Below are positions 1-13,132 of a DNA stretch of 64,000 nucleotides, piece by piece (position 1 is the first letter of the stretch; each line of letters begins with the position of its first letter). The translations under genes and the position numbers were made by a program. The DNA comes from Neophaeotheca triangularis (taxonomy: Eukaryota): positions 62,001 through 126,000 of the forward strand of contig BAAIJX010000030.1 in assembly GCA_054600435.1 (NCBI GenBank), written 5' to 3'. A model generated the notes under the pieces. The model had not been told where the DNA came from, ran no database searches, and worked only from the letters and a program-made list of their open reading frames with translations.

Positions 1-27
1 TCGGAATTACGGGGGTTTGCGTCTTAC

Positions 28-123
28 CTCGCCGCCTCCGATGACTAGGACTTTTTTGTTGCGGACTTGCCAGGCTAGGATGAGCGATCCTCCGCCTTGG
101 ACTTGGGGAAAGGTCTCGCCCAT
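28..123 (-). CDS. MET8: Siroheme synthase (Met8-type precorrin-2 dehydrogenase/ferrochelatase), exon 1; gene runs off the left edge
   Basis: ATG at 123. MGETFPQVQGGGSLILAWQVRNKKVLVIGGGE matches the Met8 N-terminal Rossmann start (SL.LAW...VL.IGGG). GTAAGA donor at 27. Confidence 0.85.
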
Positions 124-857
124 GGTGACAACGGGTGGAGGGCCAAGGGGTTCGTGGAGATGTGGAGTGGAGAGTAGCAGAGGTGTAAGAGGCGAAAAGT
201 ATGAGATGGTGAGACGTCGAGGGACGAGAAGTGGTGAAGTTAGTTGATCTGTTAGAAAAGGAATCGTCACATGTCTGACGGAGATGGCTACGCTACCTCA
301 GGAAGTATTTAGAAAGGGACTGCGGATAGATATCATCGAAAGATGGCGGTGATAGCGCAAGCGGCGGGCCGGCGGGCAAGCTAGTCTCGAAAGAAGGGAA
401 AAGTTAAGTCAAGGACGGCGATAATCCCGTTATTATTAAAACGATACAGAATCCGGGCTACTAGGGAGTACCTAGGTTAGGTACATGCGGAGGTGAAGAG
501 TTCGCACGCCATGCGGTATCAAGTATCTACTGTATCATCATCATCAAGTGGACGAGCTCTCCCGCGGGACAGAAAGAAAGAAAAAGAGTTGCGCGTACTA
601 GTACTTTATTAGTAGGGACCGTAATTGTAAGTCACTGTAGGTATTGTGTATATCCATACTAAACAGAACTACTACCTTATGTACTCTATGCCTAGTCGAG
701 ACGAGACCGGAAGCTAAGGATTACCCAAGACGGCATGCCTAAACGGTCGAGGAGTAGTACTGATACAACACGGAAAATTGGTCTCGATCGTTGCGAAGAA
801 GATCGGGGAGGCAAAAGGTGACTCGTAGGGAGGGAGTCGGAGAGGCCGGGTAAGGAA

Positions 858-940
858 CTACTACTAATGACTTTTACTACTAGATACTACTACTAGGTAC
901 TACTACTAGGTACTACTACTACTACTACTACTACTACTAA
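858..940. repeat. (TAC)n/(CTA)n microsatellite, imperfect
   Basis: Run tactactactact... of about 9 perfect units at 911-938, plus degenerate copies upstream. Confidence 0.9.
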
Positions 941-1634
941 TAGTGCTAGTTGCTACCTCCTGAGCCACGCGCAAAGTGCATGAAGATCAAGATCCCTGCC
1001 CGAGGATGCAGAATGGACGATTAAATGCGAGGAATAGGGATGCAATTTGCTTCGTATACTGGCCATCTTCCATACTTTTACTCCACAATCTATCAATACC
1101 TAGGTCTACTCTGCGTACCATTATAAGATTATTATTCCTACTTCCCCCCTCCTTTCCCCCCCACAGATTAGACGGGCATGTTCCATGCACACGAAACGGC
1201 CCGCTACTGATGAGGGAGCCCTTGGGGTTTCGGTTTCAGGTGCCAGTCCTTGTTGAATATTATCATCAAAGCTTCAACGCCGCCAAACTGCTTTCCCTCC
1301 CCCCTCCCCCCTCCTCCCTCCCCTCCATTCCATTGCTACTGCACCGCCGTATCTTATAATCCCCCGAAGATTTTTTTTGTCGATCATTGCCCTCGAGTCA
1401 ACCGAGACAACCAACGCCATGTCTTGAAGCTCAAGCATCCGCTCTAGCCCTTACCGATTGCCATACCTCGACTGTTGCGATTCAAGCATCCACCAAGCTT
1501 GACCCATCGCCCTCTCGCCGAGACTACTCGATACCGTCCCTCTCTGAGATACAGTATCGCCTGGGGAAGATCGTACTTGAAGAATCAAGAGCAGGGAACT
1601 GCGCATTGCGCTCGACATATCGTACACTCCTTCG

Positions 1635-3716
1635 ATGGCAGCTGTTGGGGAACCGTTGAGGAGGAGCCCTTTTATGAACGAGCACCATAGACCACACAAC
1701 CCTGGCGCATACAAATCGCTGCCTATACTCCCTTCTTCTGCTGCTCAGTATCGGGACCAAGGCGACAGAATGGACATGACACAGTCCGGCCAGCAGCAGC
1801 AGCAACAGTCGCATCACTCGCAACTCAATGCGCAGACGAACATGGGGCCCCCACCAAGTAGTCCGAACGGGGACAGGACGAGCGAGCATCATACATCGGG
1901 AGGACAGTACAGCGACCAGTCCAATGGAAACTTCAACCAGCCTGTTGGCGCCGCAGCAGCAGCCCAACAGCCCAAGGTCGTTCAGACCGCTTTTATACAC
2001 AAGTTATACAAGTGAGCAGTCATCTCGAACAGCCCCCTCTACCAAATGCTGACTTGTCTCGTAGCATGCTGGAGGACCAGAGTATACAACACCTCATCTC
2101 GTGGTCCCAGTCGAATGAAAGCTTCGTCATGTCGCCCTCGACCGAGTTCTCAAAAGTTTTAGCGTAAGTCATACCAACCTAGGACTCCTTGCGGTCTAAG
2201 CTGATCCTGTGTTAGACAATATTTCAAACATACTAACATCTCTTCTTTCGTGCGACAATTAAACATGTATGGGTTTCACAAAGGTAAGACTTGGAGTTGA
2301 ACAAACCCCCTAGCTTGTTCGTCGCTGACTCTCCTGGCAGTCAGTGACGTTTTCCATACGGGTTCGCCAGACTCGCCATTATGGGAGTTCAAGCATGGCG
2401 CCGGGAACTTCAAGCGAGGTGACCTGGTGGGCTTGCGAGAGATCAAGCGTCGGGCTTCGCGCCATGCACTCATCCATCGCGATTCTTTCTCGAGCGCACC
2501 AAAGATGCAGCAGCTGGGTCCACCGCCCCAACCTCAGGGCGCGCCAATGGAGCCGATGCCGGATCCGGTGGAGGCACGCTTGAACGCGCTCGAATGGAAC
2601 CAGCAGGATCTTTTCAATAAACTTGGGCGGGCAGAGGAAGCTCACGCTGTAGCGACGGCAAGGTGCCAAACCCTGCTCGATGGACTAACACGATGCCATC
2701 AGTGGAATGGTGAACTTTCGTCGCACATATTACAGCTTGTGCCGGACCCTGAGAATCCCCTTCACCGAGATGTGTACTCTTTACAGCATGAAATCACAAG
2801 AGCAGTCGATCAGTTGCGGCACAATTATGAGGAATCACACGATACCATATTTTCACGCAAGCAGTCCTTTTTCGGAAACAACGGAATGCCCAATGATCCA
2901 GCGCCGCCCATGTCTCCCCGAGCAGGACCACAGGACGAATCTCGCCGACCGTCACTCCAAGCAACGAGCCGACCTAATTCCTTCAAAGCACCCGTTCCAG
3001 CCCACTTACAGGTATCTCCTCGCCGCTACGGTTCGATAGGTACAGGGAGCGGCACATACTCTCCTTCGGCGTTACGGCCACCGCCTCCACCTCCCCCACC
3101 ACCGCCACAGCAACCACAACCTCAACACCCGCTAGCCAACGCGACGTCGCCACCTTCCAGTCTCCCCCGTCGCCACACCTCAGCCGACATCCGACAACAG
3201 GGTTGGAACGCCAACCAACTCCCACCCGCGAATACCCAATACAACAGCTCCCCCTATGCCTCTGGCCAGTCCTCCACCGCCTGGCCCTCCTCTCCACGCG
3301 CCCACGCCCAACATCTACATCCCTCCGCCCCTCCACCCTCCAACCCCCACCAACCTCCCGGGGGGCAAAGCGACCAACACCTCCGCGACGTCCTCGCTTC
3401 CTACGAGCTCCCGCGCGCCTCCAACACCTCCCGCCACCCTTCACCACCACCACCTCCTCCCCATGAAACCTCCAACGCCCCGACCCCAACTTACCCCACT
3501 AGCTTCGGCAGCTCGTACGCCAATAGCAATGACGCTGGCTGGCAGCTACCCGGTCCGAGGTTCCCATTTACTAAAGGTATTGAGACGAGTTTGCCGCCGA
3601 CAAGGCGAAGTAGTATGGCTAGTAATGTGCATAGTTTGCTGAATCCGGCGGATACGGCGGAGAGGGAGGGGGAGGAGGACACGGGTGAGGAGAGGAAAAG
3701 GAAGAGGATTGGGTGA
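1635..3716 (+). CDS. HSF-type DNA-binding transcription factor, Sfl1-like
   Basis: Exons 1635-2011, 2065-2163, 2216-2283, 2341-3716. Spliced HSF domain [13 protein letters not shown]...SWS..NESFV...[23 protein letters not shown]...WEFKH..FKRGD...LREIKRR, then a coiled coil and a Pro/Ser-rich tail ending VHSLLNP. Confidence 0.92.
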
Positions 3717-4023
3717 TTGGGAAGAGGGTAGGCAGATGTGAAGGTTTTCGGGGGCGCTTTGAGAGGTGGAGTAGAAAAGAAATGGGGAGGGTTTGATGTT
3801 TGGGTCTTTTTACAATCAAGCCAGAAGTTGATTGGGAGAGCTTGGGGGGTTTCACTTCTTGCTTATACTTTTTTTTGGGCGGTTTGCGGAAGACTAGGTA
3901 CCTAGAGATGTAGGCAATTGTCGATAGGATGATTGTATGCGCCACTGAAACCTTGAAGTTTGATCCAGTGGTCGGAAGGAAAGCAGTCGACGAGGCTGAT
4001 GAGACGTGAAGTCGAGATGCCCA

Positions 4024-4042
4024 ATATATATATATATATATA
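4024..4042. repeat. (AT)n microsatellite
   Basis: aatatatatatatatatat. Confidence 0.85.
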
Positions 4043-5104
4043 TGGGAATTGTAACAAGTACGTTACCCTCGCCGCTCAAAGTATGTACAAACAGACTGAC
4101 TTCTTCCAACCCGCACATGTCTCTCTCTACAAGAAATTTGAATCCCTCCCTCCCTCCCTCCCTCACTTCCTCCCTACTCTTAAGAATGTAGCTCCGACAT
4201 TAGCAAATCAATCTCACCCGCGCAACCAGCCGAGAACAAGGACAAGTAGCATGAAAAAAAAAAAACGTGGTCACCACGCATTGTAGTGTTAATCACTCGC
4301 TTCAATGCTCTACTCGAATATCAACAAAAGAGGTTACTACCTGAACCATCTATGTCTGCTTGGCTAATGCATTAACCCGGAATCCAAGTTGATGCGATCG
4401 ATCATGAGTAAGTCAAGCGATGGAATGTTTATTATAGGTACTGATCGTGTATGGACTGAGGTGCCGTGGGATCGTGAATGATTAAAGCGTGGCTCGCGTT
4501 TGCACTACTTGGGCGTGATTTTACTACGTGTTCTGGCTTTTAAAGATGTGTTGTGGTAGTCTCAAGCAAGGAGCTGTGGTGACGTGATATATCCTCGAGC
4601 ACGAACGAAGACTCCACTGCCTAACGTTAGGTACTACCGTACCAGATAACTACTCGTAGCTCGCGAAGACGGCGAACTTCGTAAGGTCACCAGACACTTC
4701 CCTTCCCCGGCCAAGCATGGCTACAATAAGCAAAACTTTATGTCAGCCGTGAGCTTTCTCCGCGACAAGGAGCGGGGGAAAAAGCATCCCCTTCGACTTC
4801 ACACGACGAGTGGTCGCCAATTCTCTCCTACCTCCTAGTCTGAATCCTTCAATGACCCTGTGGCTGTATCAAGTGTCTCGGTACGCGGCACGAGCATGTC
4901 CATGGTGCGGCTGAGAGGTGCAAGTAAACGCAGTTGATCCTTCGTATGTACGGTGGGTGCTTGCTATGCTATTATTATTACAAGTCGACGAGGAGAGCAA
5001 GCAGCCCAGAAGCGATACAACAAAGAAAGGCAAGCCCGTAACAACAGCTCTCACCCGTCGTGCTTCATTCTCAAGCCCAAACATACACTCTATCCACTCC
5101 AAAA

Positions 5105-6045
5105 ATGAAGCTCAATCTTCCACTCATAACCCTAACAACAATCCCCACCGCATCCGCCTGGACCTACCAGCGCTCGCAAGGCTTCGGCACCTCGCCTTCC
5201 ACACTCAACAACGACACGGAATCCGCGCTCTTCCGCTCAGCAGCGCGAACCCCCAACGCCTCCGCGACGACCGACTTCACCCTCGGCGCCATCCCCTTGA
5301 CCCTCGGGGTCAACGTGACGGAATTCACACCCACCGGCGCCGACACCGACGTCCGCAACCCGCGCCTCGTCAACACAGTCTACAGCCTCTCGTGGCGCGG
5401 GAGCGCAAGCCTCGCCGCCACGCTGCGCGATGGCCAGAACCTGGCCCCCGGCGAAGACAACCCCAGGCTCTGCGCGACTATACCGCTCGGACGGCTCTAC
5501 AGCGCCTCGGCGACCAACGGCTACGCGGGCGACGGCGACTGCGCGGGCCCACTGGGGCGGGACTGCGTGGACGCGATTGAAAACCACGGCTACGGCGCCG
5601 ACGTGCCTTGTTCGCCCTTCTCCCTCCCGGACGCTTGTTTGTCTTCGTTTCCACCCGGCGGCATCGGTACTGCTTGTAAGCAAGCTCGGAACTGAAGGTG
5701 TCTTTTCCCCCATGTACCGACTTTGATGCTAATGTTTTTTTTTTTTTTAATATCCATGCAGCGCTCCTCGACAATGCTTCCTCGGTCGCTAATCCCTATG
5801 GCTTCGCGTTTTATTCTTCCGAAATCTACTCGGCTGGTAACGAGAGCGTTTTCGAGCGGGCTGCCGAACGCCTGCACGTCGTGGTCTTCAATGGGCTGAG
5901 GAGTAAGGTTGTCTGTGCCCGCGTTCGCGACAATGAGGTCCAAAATGGTGATCCGGCTGTGTCTGAGTCGCTTGCGACGCGCGTGCTGGAGCTGTCGTGG
6001 TCCCTGTTTGGTGCTTTGAGCGCTGCGGGCTGGCTCTTGTGGTGA
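5105..6045 (+). CDS. Secreted, probably GPI/membrane-anchored Cys-containing hypothetical protein
   Basis: Exons 5105-5675 and 5762-6045 (GTAAGC...GCTAAT...CAG, phase 1 consistent). Signal peptide MKLNLPLITLTTIPTASA; hydrophobic C-terminus WSLFGALSAAGWLLW. Confidence 0.75.
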
Positions 6046-6226
6046 GGAATCAGCGAATGCATCGTCCTTGGTCACTTACGTCTTCACTTACGTCTATCAA
6101 TGCGGAAGCGGGTTCAGATGTACGTTCCATTGCGATCGAAGTCTCTTAAGACCGTGCAGTGGCACCTATTAAACGTAATCCGCAGACGCCGTATCCCTTA
6201 CAAACGCCTCATTTCCCGACAAACCC

Positions 6227-9200
6227 TTATGCCAACACCCTCGCAGCGTAACCAAAGAGAGAATCCATGCTAACCCATCCCCACCCACTCTTACTCAAAT
6301 ACGCACCAACGACGTCCCAGCAAATCCCGAACCTTTCCCTATTCATGCCAGCCAGCACACCACTCTTCTCGTCACCCTCGGCCTTGATGCCACCCTTGTT
6401 CAATCTTTCAACGCTCTTGTCAACATCAAACAGTCCCTGCAGGTACAGCAGCTGGTTGTAGAGTGCCTTCTCAGAGTACTCAAACGCCATGCGACCCGTG
6501 CAGCCGTGCGCAAGGCCCTTGGGACCCAGGCATCGATGACCGTACACGCTCATCTGTCTTGTTCGCATGCCGCATGCTGGATCGTCACAAACCAGCCAGC
6601 TGGAATAGTAGCGGGAGGTATGGCGGCGGATCTGGGCTTCGAGTTGCGTGGAGAGCGTGAGAGTCGTCATGTTCCTCTTGCATTCCGCGCGAGGGCAAGC
6701 TAGGCCGTTGTTGGTGAGCTGGCCGGTGGGTGTGAGCTCTTCCTCGTCTGGCGGCGGCACATGGCTGATGCCCCGGTAGCAGAAGTGGTGCTTGCAGCCC
6801 AGGCAGATGAGGTCGAGGGGCTCGCAGTCCTTGAAACGCACATGGTCTGGGATCTGGCTTTCCAGAGACACGATGTCGGTTCCAGCTTCCGCTGCTTTGG
6901 CCGCGCTGCTGACCTTGTACTTGCTGGTATCAAGCCCCAAGCACTCCGCGAGTAGCGTGACATTGGTACCACTGATAGGCGCGCAGAGACGCTCGACAGG
7001 TGGGAGGATCTGCTTATGCAAATAGTAGTCGGCGTCTGGTACTAGCGCGCTGTCTTTGGCGAGCACTTCGTCCAAAGGATGCGCGTTCTTTGCGGCGTTT
7101 TCAGCGGAGCCTGAGTTGCTCCCGCAAATCACGAAGCTCATCACATCTTTCGCTCTGACTTGCTTACCCTTCGCCATGAGCTTCAGCGCAACCTGGACAG
7201 AAGGCATAGAGTTACCGTTGGGATAGTCTTTGGGATCCTTGCCGAGCTGAGTGTATATCGTATATTCGTACGCCGGTATTGTGTTGGCACGCATCTTGTC
7301 GGAGACGGAACGGAGATATTCGTGAATCTGCGACACGACCTTCTCAGGATCTTCACCTGATAGGAGATAATTGAGAAGCTGCCTGTAGGGTTGTTAGCCT
7401 GGTCCAGAATGTATCAAGGCGGCGCACTTACGTCGAGGTACTCTTGGAGAGCTGGCAGTACTCTCTCCTTTTCATGTCAAGACCTTTCACTTCCATCTTT
7501 TCGCGCCACACTCCATCAAGCTCCACCATGTTGATGGCTGCGTACTTTTTCTTTGCGTGTAGCAGCAGCCGGCGGAAAATGTTGTCAATGTCAATTTCGA
7601 GAAGTTCGTATCGATCGTTGACGCTCTTCTTGAACTCGTTGCCTATCTTGATGGCCTCGAGAATGTTGTCGACGTTGGTATTCACCATGACGGAGTCAGT
7701 GTCACCATAAATGACGCGGAGAGCATGGACCGACTCTGCAAGCTCCTTGGTAGATTGCAGTACTTCACGCCCTTTTGATGTTGTCAAAGCAGCGAGAGGT
7801 CGAGCGTAGAAGCGTGACTTGGTGTAGCCGAGACAACCATACATGGAGTTGGCCGTGAGCTTCAAAGCTTGTTGCTTGACATCCCAGGTGGCGAGTTCGT
7901 CAGTCGTAGCTCCCTTGCCTTTCATCAACTTTTTGACCTCGCGCCGACGATTGACGAGCGTACGAATTAGACGCGGAAGTATGCCCTTTTGCTGGACGTC
8001 TTCGGGCATGTCGGGAACTCGCTCGTCGTCTTCGCCAATACCGCTCCGGTCGACGGTCGTGAAGCAGATGTTGTACTCCTGGATCAAACTTGGGTACAAG
8101 GAGTTGAAGTCCATGACGAGAACGAACTTGTCGTAGAGGCCTTTCTCGGGTTCGAAAACGAGACCACCTTTGAACTTGTCCTTCTTCTTGGCGTCCGCAC
8201 CCTCTTCGCCCTGTTCGGCATCGTCAAGCTTCTTGTTGGATGCTCGTCCGTAGACTTTGTCAGGGCAGATGTATTTGTTGCGGTAGAACTCATGCAGTAA
8301 AATGTACTCGTTGCGTTCTGCACGGGTACCGCTCAACGTTCGGGCCCATGAGTTTCCGGCCAGGTTGGTCAATACCTTGGTCAAAGGCAGCAGCTGCTTC
8401 TTCAATGCAATAGCAGCAATAAAGTACGTGTCGATTTCACACAGCGTGACGACGTTCATCAGGCCGTGTCTCGTTGTCGACATGGCGAGAGCTTTCTCGT
8501 TGTCCACATCTTTCCGCTTATTCTTCTCACCTAGGTAGAGGTTGACCATTTCGTCGAGACTCCAAGATTGGCATGCCGTCATCATGCTCTTGCCCATGTC
8601 GTTGGCAAGATCACACAACAACCGGCCTGCAGCGAGATGACGTTCGGCAAAAAAGCTGCCACCGCCTTTGCCAATGCTCTTCGGCCAGTCGCCTCGCTTC
8701 AAGCGGCCAATGCGGTGCCAGCCTGGAGTTCTGCGGTCTCGCAGCCGGGTGAGTAAGACATTGTAATCAACATCATCCAATCTGTGGCCGATGAAAGCGT
8801 CCGGGTCTTGAGTTTGAATGATGGCCAGCATCTTGCTGAGTAGCTGCGCTTCGTCTTTCTCCATCTTGATATTACCGCGGTGTTTCTCGGCTTCCGTCTT
8901 AAAACCGATCGGGTATTCTCCATTGGGTCGCATGATGGTGAATGTCCTCGAAGGCATCTTCTCGGGGGGTGTGGTATCGGTCAAGGAGACATTCTCGTAG
9001 AAGCGCATGCTAGCCATTAATATTTCGTTCTTGTTGTCCTTTTTGTTCATTGTTGTACGCAGTGCAAGGGACATGAGAGTCAAGGGTGGCGCATCCAGAT
9101 TGTCGGTCTCTCCAAGAATCTTGATATTATCTGGCTTGTCGACTTGAAGCTCCAGCTTGCACCACGATGCGTTCGTGACGGCGTTGAAATTACCATTCTC

Positions 9201-10754
9201 TATCCTCAGCCAGCAAGGACCCATGATGTTCTTCCACATCACAAACTGTTCGAACAAGGCAGTGTTGGTTCCAAAGACATGGGAAAACGTCTCTCCTTGG
9301 AGGTCCATTGGCAGAGCGGGCTTGTCGTAGGGGTACAGGAGCTTCAAGTAATCCGCCTCCTTGGGTATATCAGGCAGCTCGAACGCATACTTTCGTGAAG
9401 TTGGCTTAATCTTGTGCATGTTGACTTTGTATTTTGACATGAGCTTGTCAACTTCTTCGTAGACATCGCCCATCTCTACGTCTTCCTCAGTAGCTCTGCC
9501 GTGCTTCTGTCGATGTTCCCGTGGTAGAAAAAAGAGCTTGCGCAAGACATTGTCGACTTTTACGAAGCAGGAAACAAAATTGCCATTGCTGCGGTTCTTG
9601 ACTTTGCCAAACAAACAGAGACTCCCGTTGACCTCGGTGTAATCGGTCCAAAAGAAACGTAGGGAACCGTCGTCTTCGATGGCGTCTTTGGCGGCGATTT
9701 TCCCGAGAGCTGCTGCTTGTGGCGGCGGACTACTCAGAATGTTCAGTTTTTCTGTAACATCGTTGACGGCTGTCATGTCGAGATCGTCGGCAGGCGCTCG
9801 GGTTGGAGAAGAGCTGTCTGGTGTAGGGTAGGTGGGCTTCATCTTTGGCACTGCGCGACTACCTTTCATGTTCACGTTTGCTCTTTGTACGTTCGATCGG
9901 CCAGTAACCTCAGCGACTTCCAACAAGTCGTCATCATCTGCCTCATCAGAGGGTTCTACTTTGATAGGCGCGCTCTCTTTTCTCTCTGTAGCTCTGACAG
10001 CGGGGGATGATGGCAGAGGGTCGCTCATGGGGATGTCGTCATCTTCGTTTGGCGGGAAGTACCCTTCGTCATCGTCCGCAGCCGCCTGCACTGGGTTCAA
10101 GGGTGGTGTATCCATCATTGGCTCGGGTGCTTGCTGCGGAACCACTGTTCGTGGGCGCTCCCTGTTTTCCACCGGTGGGGAGAGTACTCTCGTCTTGCGT
10201 CGATCGTTGCTCTTGACTGACTTTCCGTGCGAAGGAGCTCGAGACGGGACATTGCTGTCTACTTCGCCCAAGAGGCCGGCTAGGAAGTCATCGTCTTCGG
10301 CGGTACGGACCGGTCTTGCCTTGGGTGCAGCAGCGGTGCCTTTTTGGTTGAAGTACTTGCTAATACCCTTGTTCTGTCGCTCTTGTCTCTCTGCATCTTC
10401 TTCGCGTTTCCGTTTGGCTATGGGTAAGTTAGCTCAGTTGTGTCACAAGGGCCTTGCGTTCAACATACCGGCTTTGCTCTGCTTTGGTAAGTCACCATCG
10501 CTTTCGCTGTCATCGTAGTCTGCATGTCTCTCGTCTTGCCAATCTTCTCTCCCGTCGTCGGCGTAACCCTCGCCATTGTCGTCCACAACGAAGTCGTCCT
10601 CGTCCAGGCGTTTCCGCACTAGCTTCTTGTAGCCATCGTCGTCGACGGTATCGTAAATATCGGCTTCATCTGCAACCTCGTACGAATCGAATCCAGTCTT
10701 TCCAGAGGCACGCAGCGCGCGGATCTGCTTGAGACGATCCGCTTTTGAGACCAT
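6227..10754 (-). CDS. POL1: DNA polymerase alpha catalytic subunit
   Basis: Exons 10754-10469, 10417-7432, 7382-6227. N-terminal DDFVVDDNGEGYADDGRE; B-family motifs MDFNSLYPS, KLTANSMYGCLG and YGDTDS; C-terminal Cys4 zinc fingers. Confidence 0.97.
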
Positions 10755-10843
10755 TGTAAAAGCAGCCGAGGGTAGAGAGGAGCTGGGTAGTGGTACTTCG
10801 TAACGTAATCGACACTGATATGACAAAGGAGCGTGGTAGTGGA

Positions 10844-10949
10844 ACGCGAACAGCAGAGAGGAGTGTGTAGCTGGGTAGTTGGAGGCTGGAAAGCAATGGG
10901 ACGTTCAACGAGTAAAGTGGTCGACGCGAGTCGACGCGACAGAAACGCG
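10844..10949. promoter_or_regulatory. Cluster of MCB-like (ACGCG) cell-cycle elements upstream of POL1
   Basis: ACGCG at 10844, 10924, 10934 and 10945, including the tandem GTCGACGCGA repeat. MBF/MCB control of replication genes is established in ascomycetes. Confidence 0.65.
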
Positions 10950-11116
10950 CTAAGGCTGGCCCGAGGTGCAGCCGGAAAGCGAGGCTAGCGGCGGAGAATC
11001 CTTTCGCCGAATTTTCGCGCTAGCGTCCAGAATTGCTTCAACCTGTGGCTTCATCTTTCACTGCAACTTCGACGAATACTGCGACAAAGTACAGCTGCGT
11101 GCGAATCACCGCCAAA

Positions 11117-12054
11117 ATGGTATGCGCCGCCTTGAGAAGACAGTCGACTGTGAGATAGGCATGAGACTAACAACCACCCACAGACGATCAAGCACAACCA
11201 GCAGATCCAACACAACCGTACGCCTCACCATTACTAGGCCCACCACTTCAACTTCCCCCAAAGGCAACATGTGCTGACATTTTTTTCAGACTTCCGCAAG
11301 GACTGGCAACGCCGTGTCCGCGTGCACTTCGACCAGGTAATTCCCCTCTCACACCCGCCGTGCTGAGAGCGTTGGCGCCTGTAGTGCAAAGAAGAACCAT
11401 GTTCTGACCCAGACTCTCTCAACAGCCCGGCAAGAAGAAGTCGCGCAGAGATGCGCGCGCCGAAAAGGCTGCCAAGCTCGCTCCCCGTCCCGTCGACAAG
11501 CTGAGGCCTGTCGTGCGCTGCCCCACCATCAAGTACAACCGCCGTGTGCGCGCTGGCCGTGGCTTCTCTTTCCCCGAGTTGAAGGTAAGAAGAGCGAAAG
11601 CAAACACACCCTAACGAAGGGAGGCTCACACTGCTATTCTTAGGCTGCTGGTATCTCCCGCAAGCTGGCACCCACCATCGGTATCTCGGTTGACCCCCGT
11701 CGCCAAAACCTCTCTGAGGAGTCCCTCAAGGCCAACGTTGAGCGCCTCCAGGCCTACAAGCAGCGCCTGATCCTCTTCCCCCGCAAGACCAAGTCCCCCA
11801 AGCAGGGCGATGCCGACGCCAAGACTGCCAACGAGGCCCGCCAGGCCGGCCACGATGGCAAGGTCAAGCTCGCAAACGAGTTCTTCCCGATCGACAACAA
11901 GGTCACCGTCCAGGAGGGCAAGGTCTCGGACTACCCGAGCGAGGAGGGTGCGTACAAGAAGTTGAGGCAGGCCCGTTCCGACGCTCGCCTGATCGGCAAG
12001 CGCGAGAAGAGGGCGAAGGCCAAGGAGGAGGAGGCCGATGCCAAGAAGAAATAG
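11117..12054 (+). CDS. RPL13: 60S ribosomal protein L13 (eL13)
   Basis: Exons 11117-11119 (ATG only), 11184-11217, 11290-11336, 11426-11584, 11644-12054. [32 protein letters not shown]...[23 protein letters not shown]; strong codon bias. Confidence 0.97.
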
Positions 12055-12684
12055 AGGTCATGACCTCGCAAAGGCATGATGCGAAGAGGTTGCGCACTTC
12101 GCTGCCCGATCCATCAATGCGCATTTTTTTTGGCCGGTGGACACGAGTGCCGTTCCATAGCTTATGCAACAACGATATTCAATGTGTCCTGGTCAAGATC
12201 CCACTCGCTTCCTACCTCACGCGATGATTTAGTGGCCCTGAAGCCTTGCATGTCGGTATGGTGTTTGCTGCACGCTGTACCCTCGAAATTGGATCACGTG
12301 ACATTGTGGAAGCCCTGTCTTGTCCTGTCACGGGGAGGCCGATCTGAACACTGGGGTTTGATACTGGGGTTTGCTTAGCTGAAACCCGCAACACCATGGT
12401 GTAACCCACACAGAAAAGGGTATCTACCTTACCAGCTTCCTGGCACTATCTGGCCGATTAGCAGAAGCGACACCTTCCGCTTAGGGCTTTTCTCGCTTTG
12501 TACGTGCAGTCACAAGACATCACTCTTGTGCGTGAATCGAGCGTTGAGAGCATTGTCCCGCTACTCTATGTGTACCTAACGAACGACCTCCTGGTGCAGA
12601 TTCCTCATTAGTATGGCATCGCGTTTGGGTACGCGGTCCAAATCACTGGGTCGGTTGGACAAGGGCAAGAGTTTGGGAGGATAA

Positions 12685-12732
12685 TCTTGCCTGCATTGTC
12701 TTGCCTGCATTGTCTTGCCTGCATTGTCTTGC
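12685..12732. repeat. 14-bp tandem repeat (TCTTGCCTGCATTG) x3.4
   Basis: Three perfect units plus a partial fourth. Confidence 0.9.
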
Positions 12733-13132
12733 TGCGAGACCCCTCCAGCAGCAGGTTTCGACCAGACATGTATTGCTTTTGTGTCCCCAGGTTGTAATAG
12801 ATGAGGCATCAACCGTCCCAGCTACAGGTGACACAGACTTGGAAATATGCATAACGCATGTTCACCAGCTCAACGAAGTAAACTTTCGCAATACTCGCAA
12901 TGTTGACGCCACAATTCCTCCAACTGACTCTACTGCCTTGAAGGAAACATTGCGCATTCAGGATACTGCAGCCTGCAGTAACTGGAAAAGAATCTGTCAG
13001 AATGGCCGATAGCAGTTGTACGAGATGCTTCGCACGGGCCTTGCACCCCAAGAAGTTCTTTCGCCGTGGTAAAGTAGCGTTATCTTACATCGCCAACACA
13101 CGCTTTCAAGTCAACTCGCCGTGTCGACCAGC

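Noticed and set aside
6261..10518. Antisense and alternative-frame ORFs over POL1 (likewise over RPT5, the helicase and others)
   Set aside because: Shadow ORFs produced by GC-rich codon usage of the real genes.
11337..11425. Intronic snoRNA in RPL13
   Set aside because: No RTGATGA C box paired with a CTGA D box, and the intron is too short for an H/ACA RNA.
12685..12732. 14-bp repeat as a CRISPR-like array
   Set aside because: Head-to-tail minisatellite without spacers in a eukaryotic genome.
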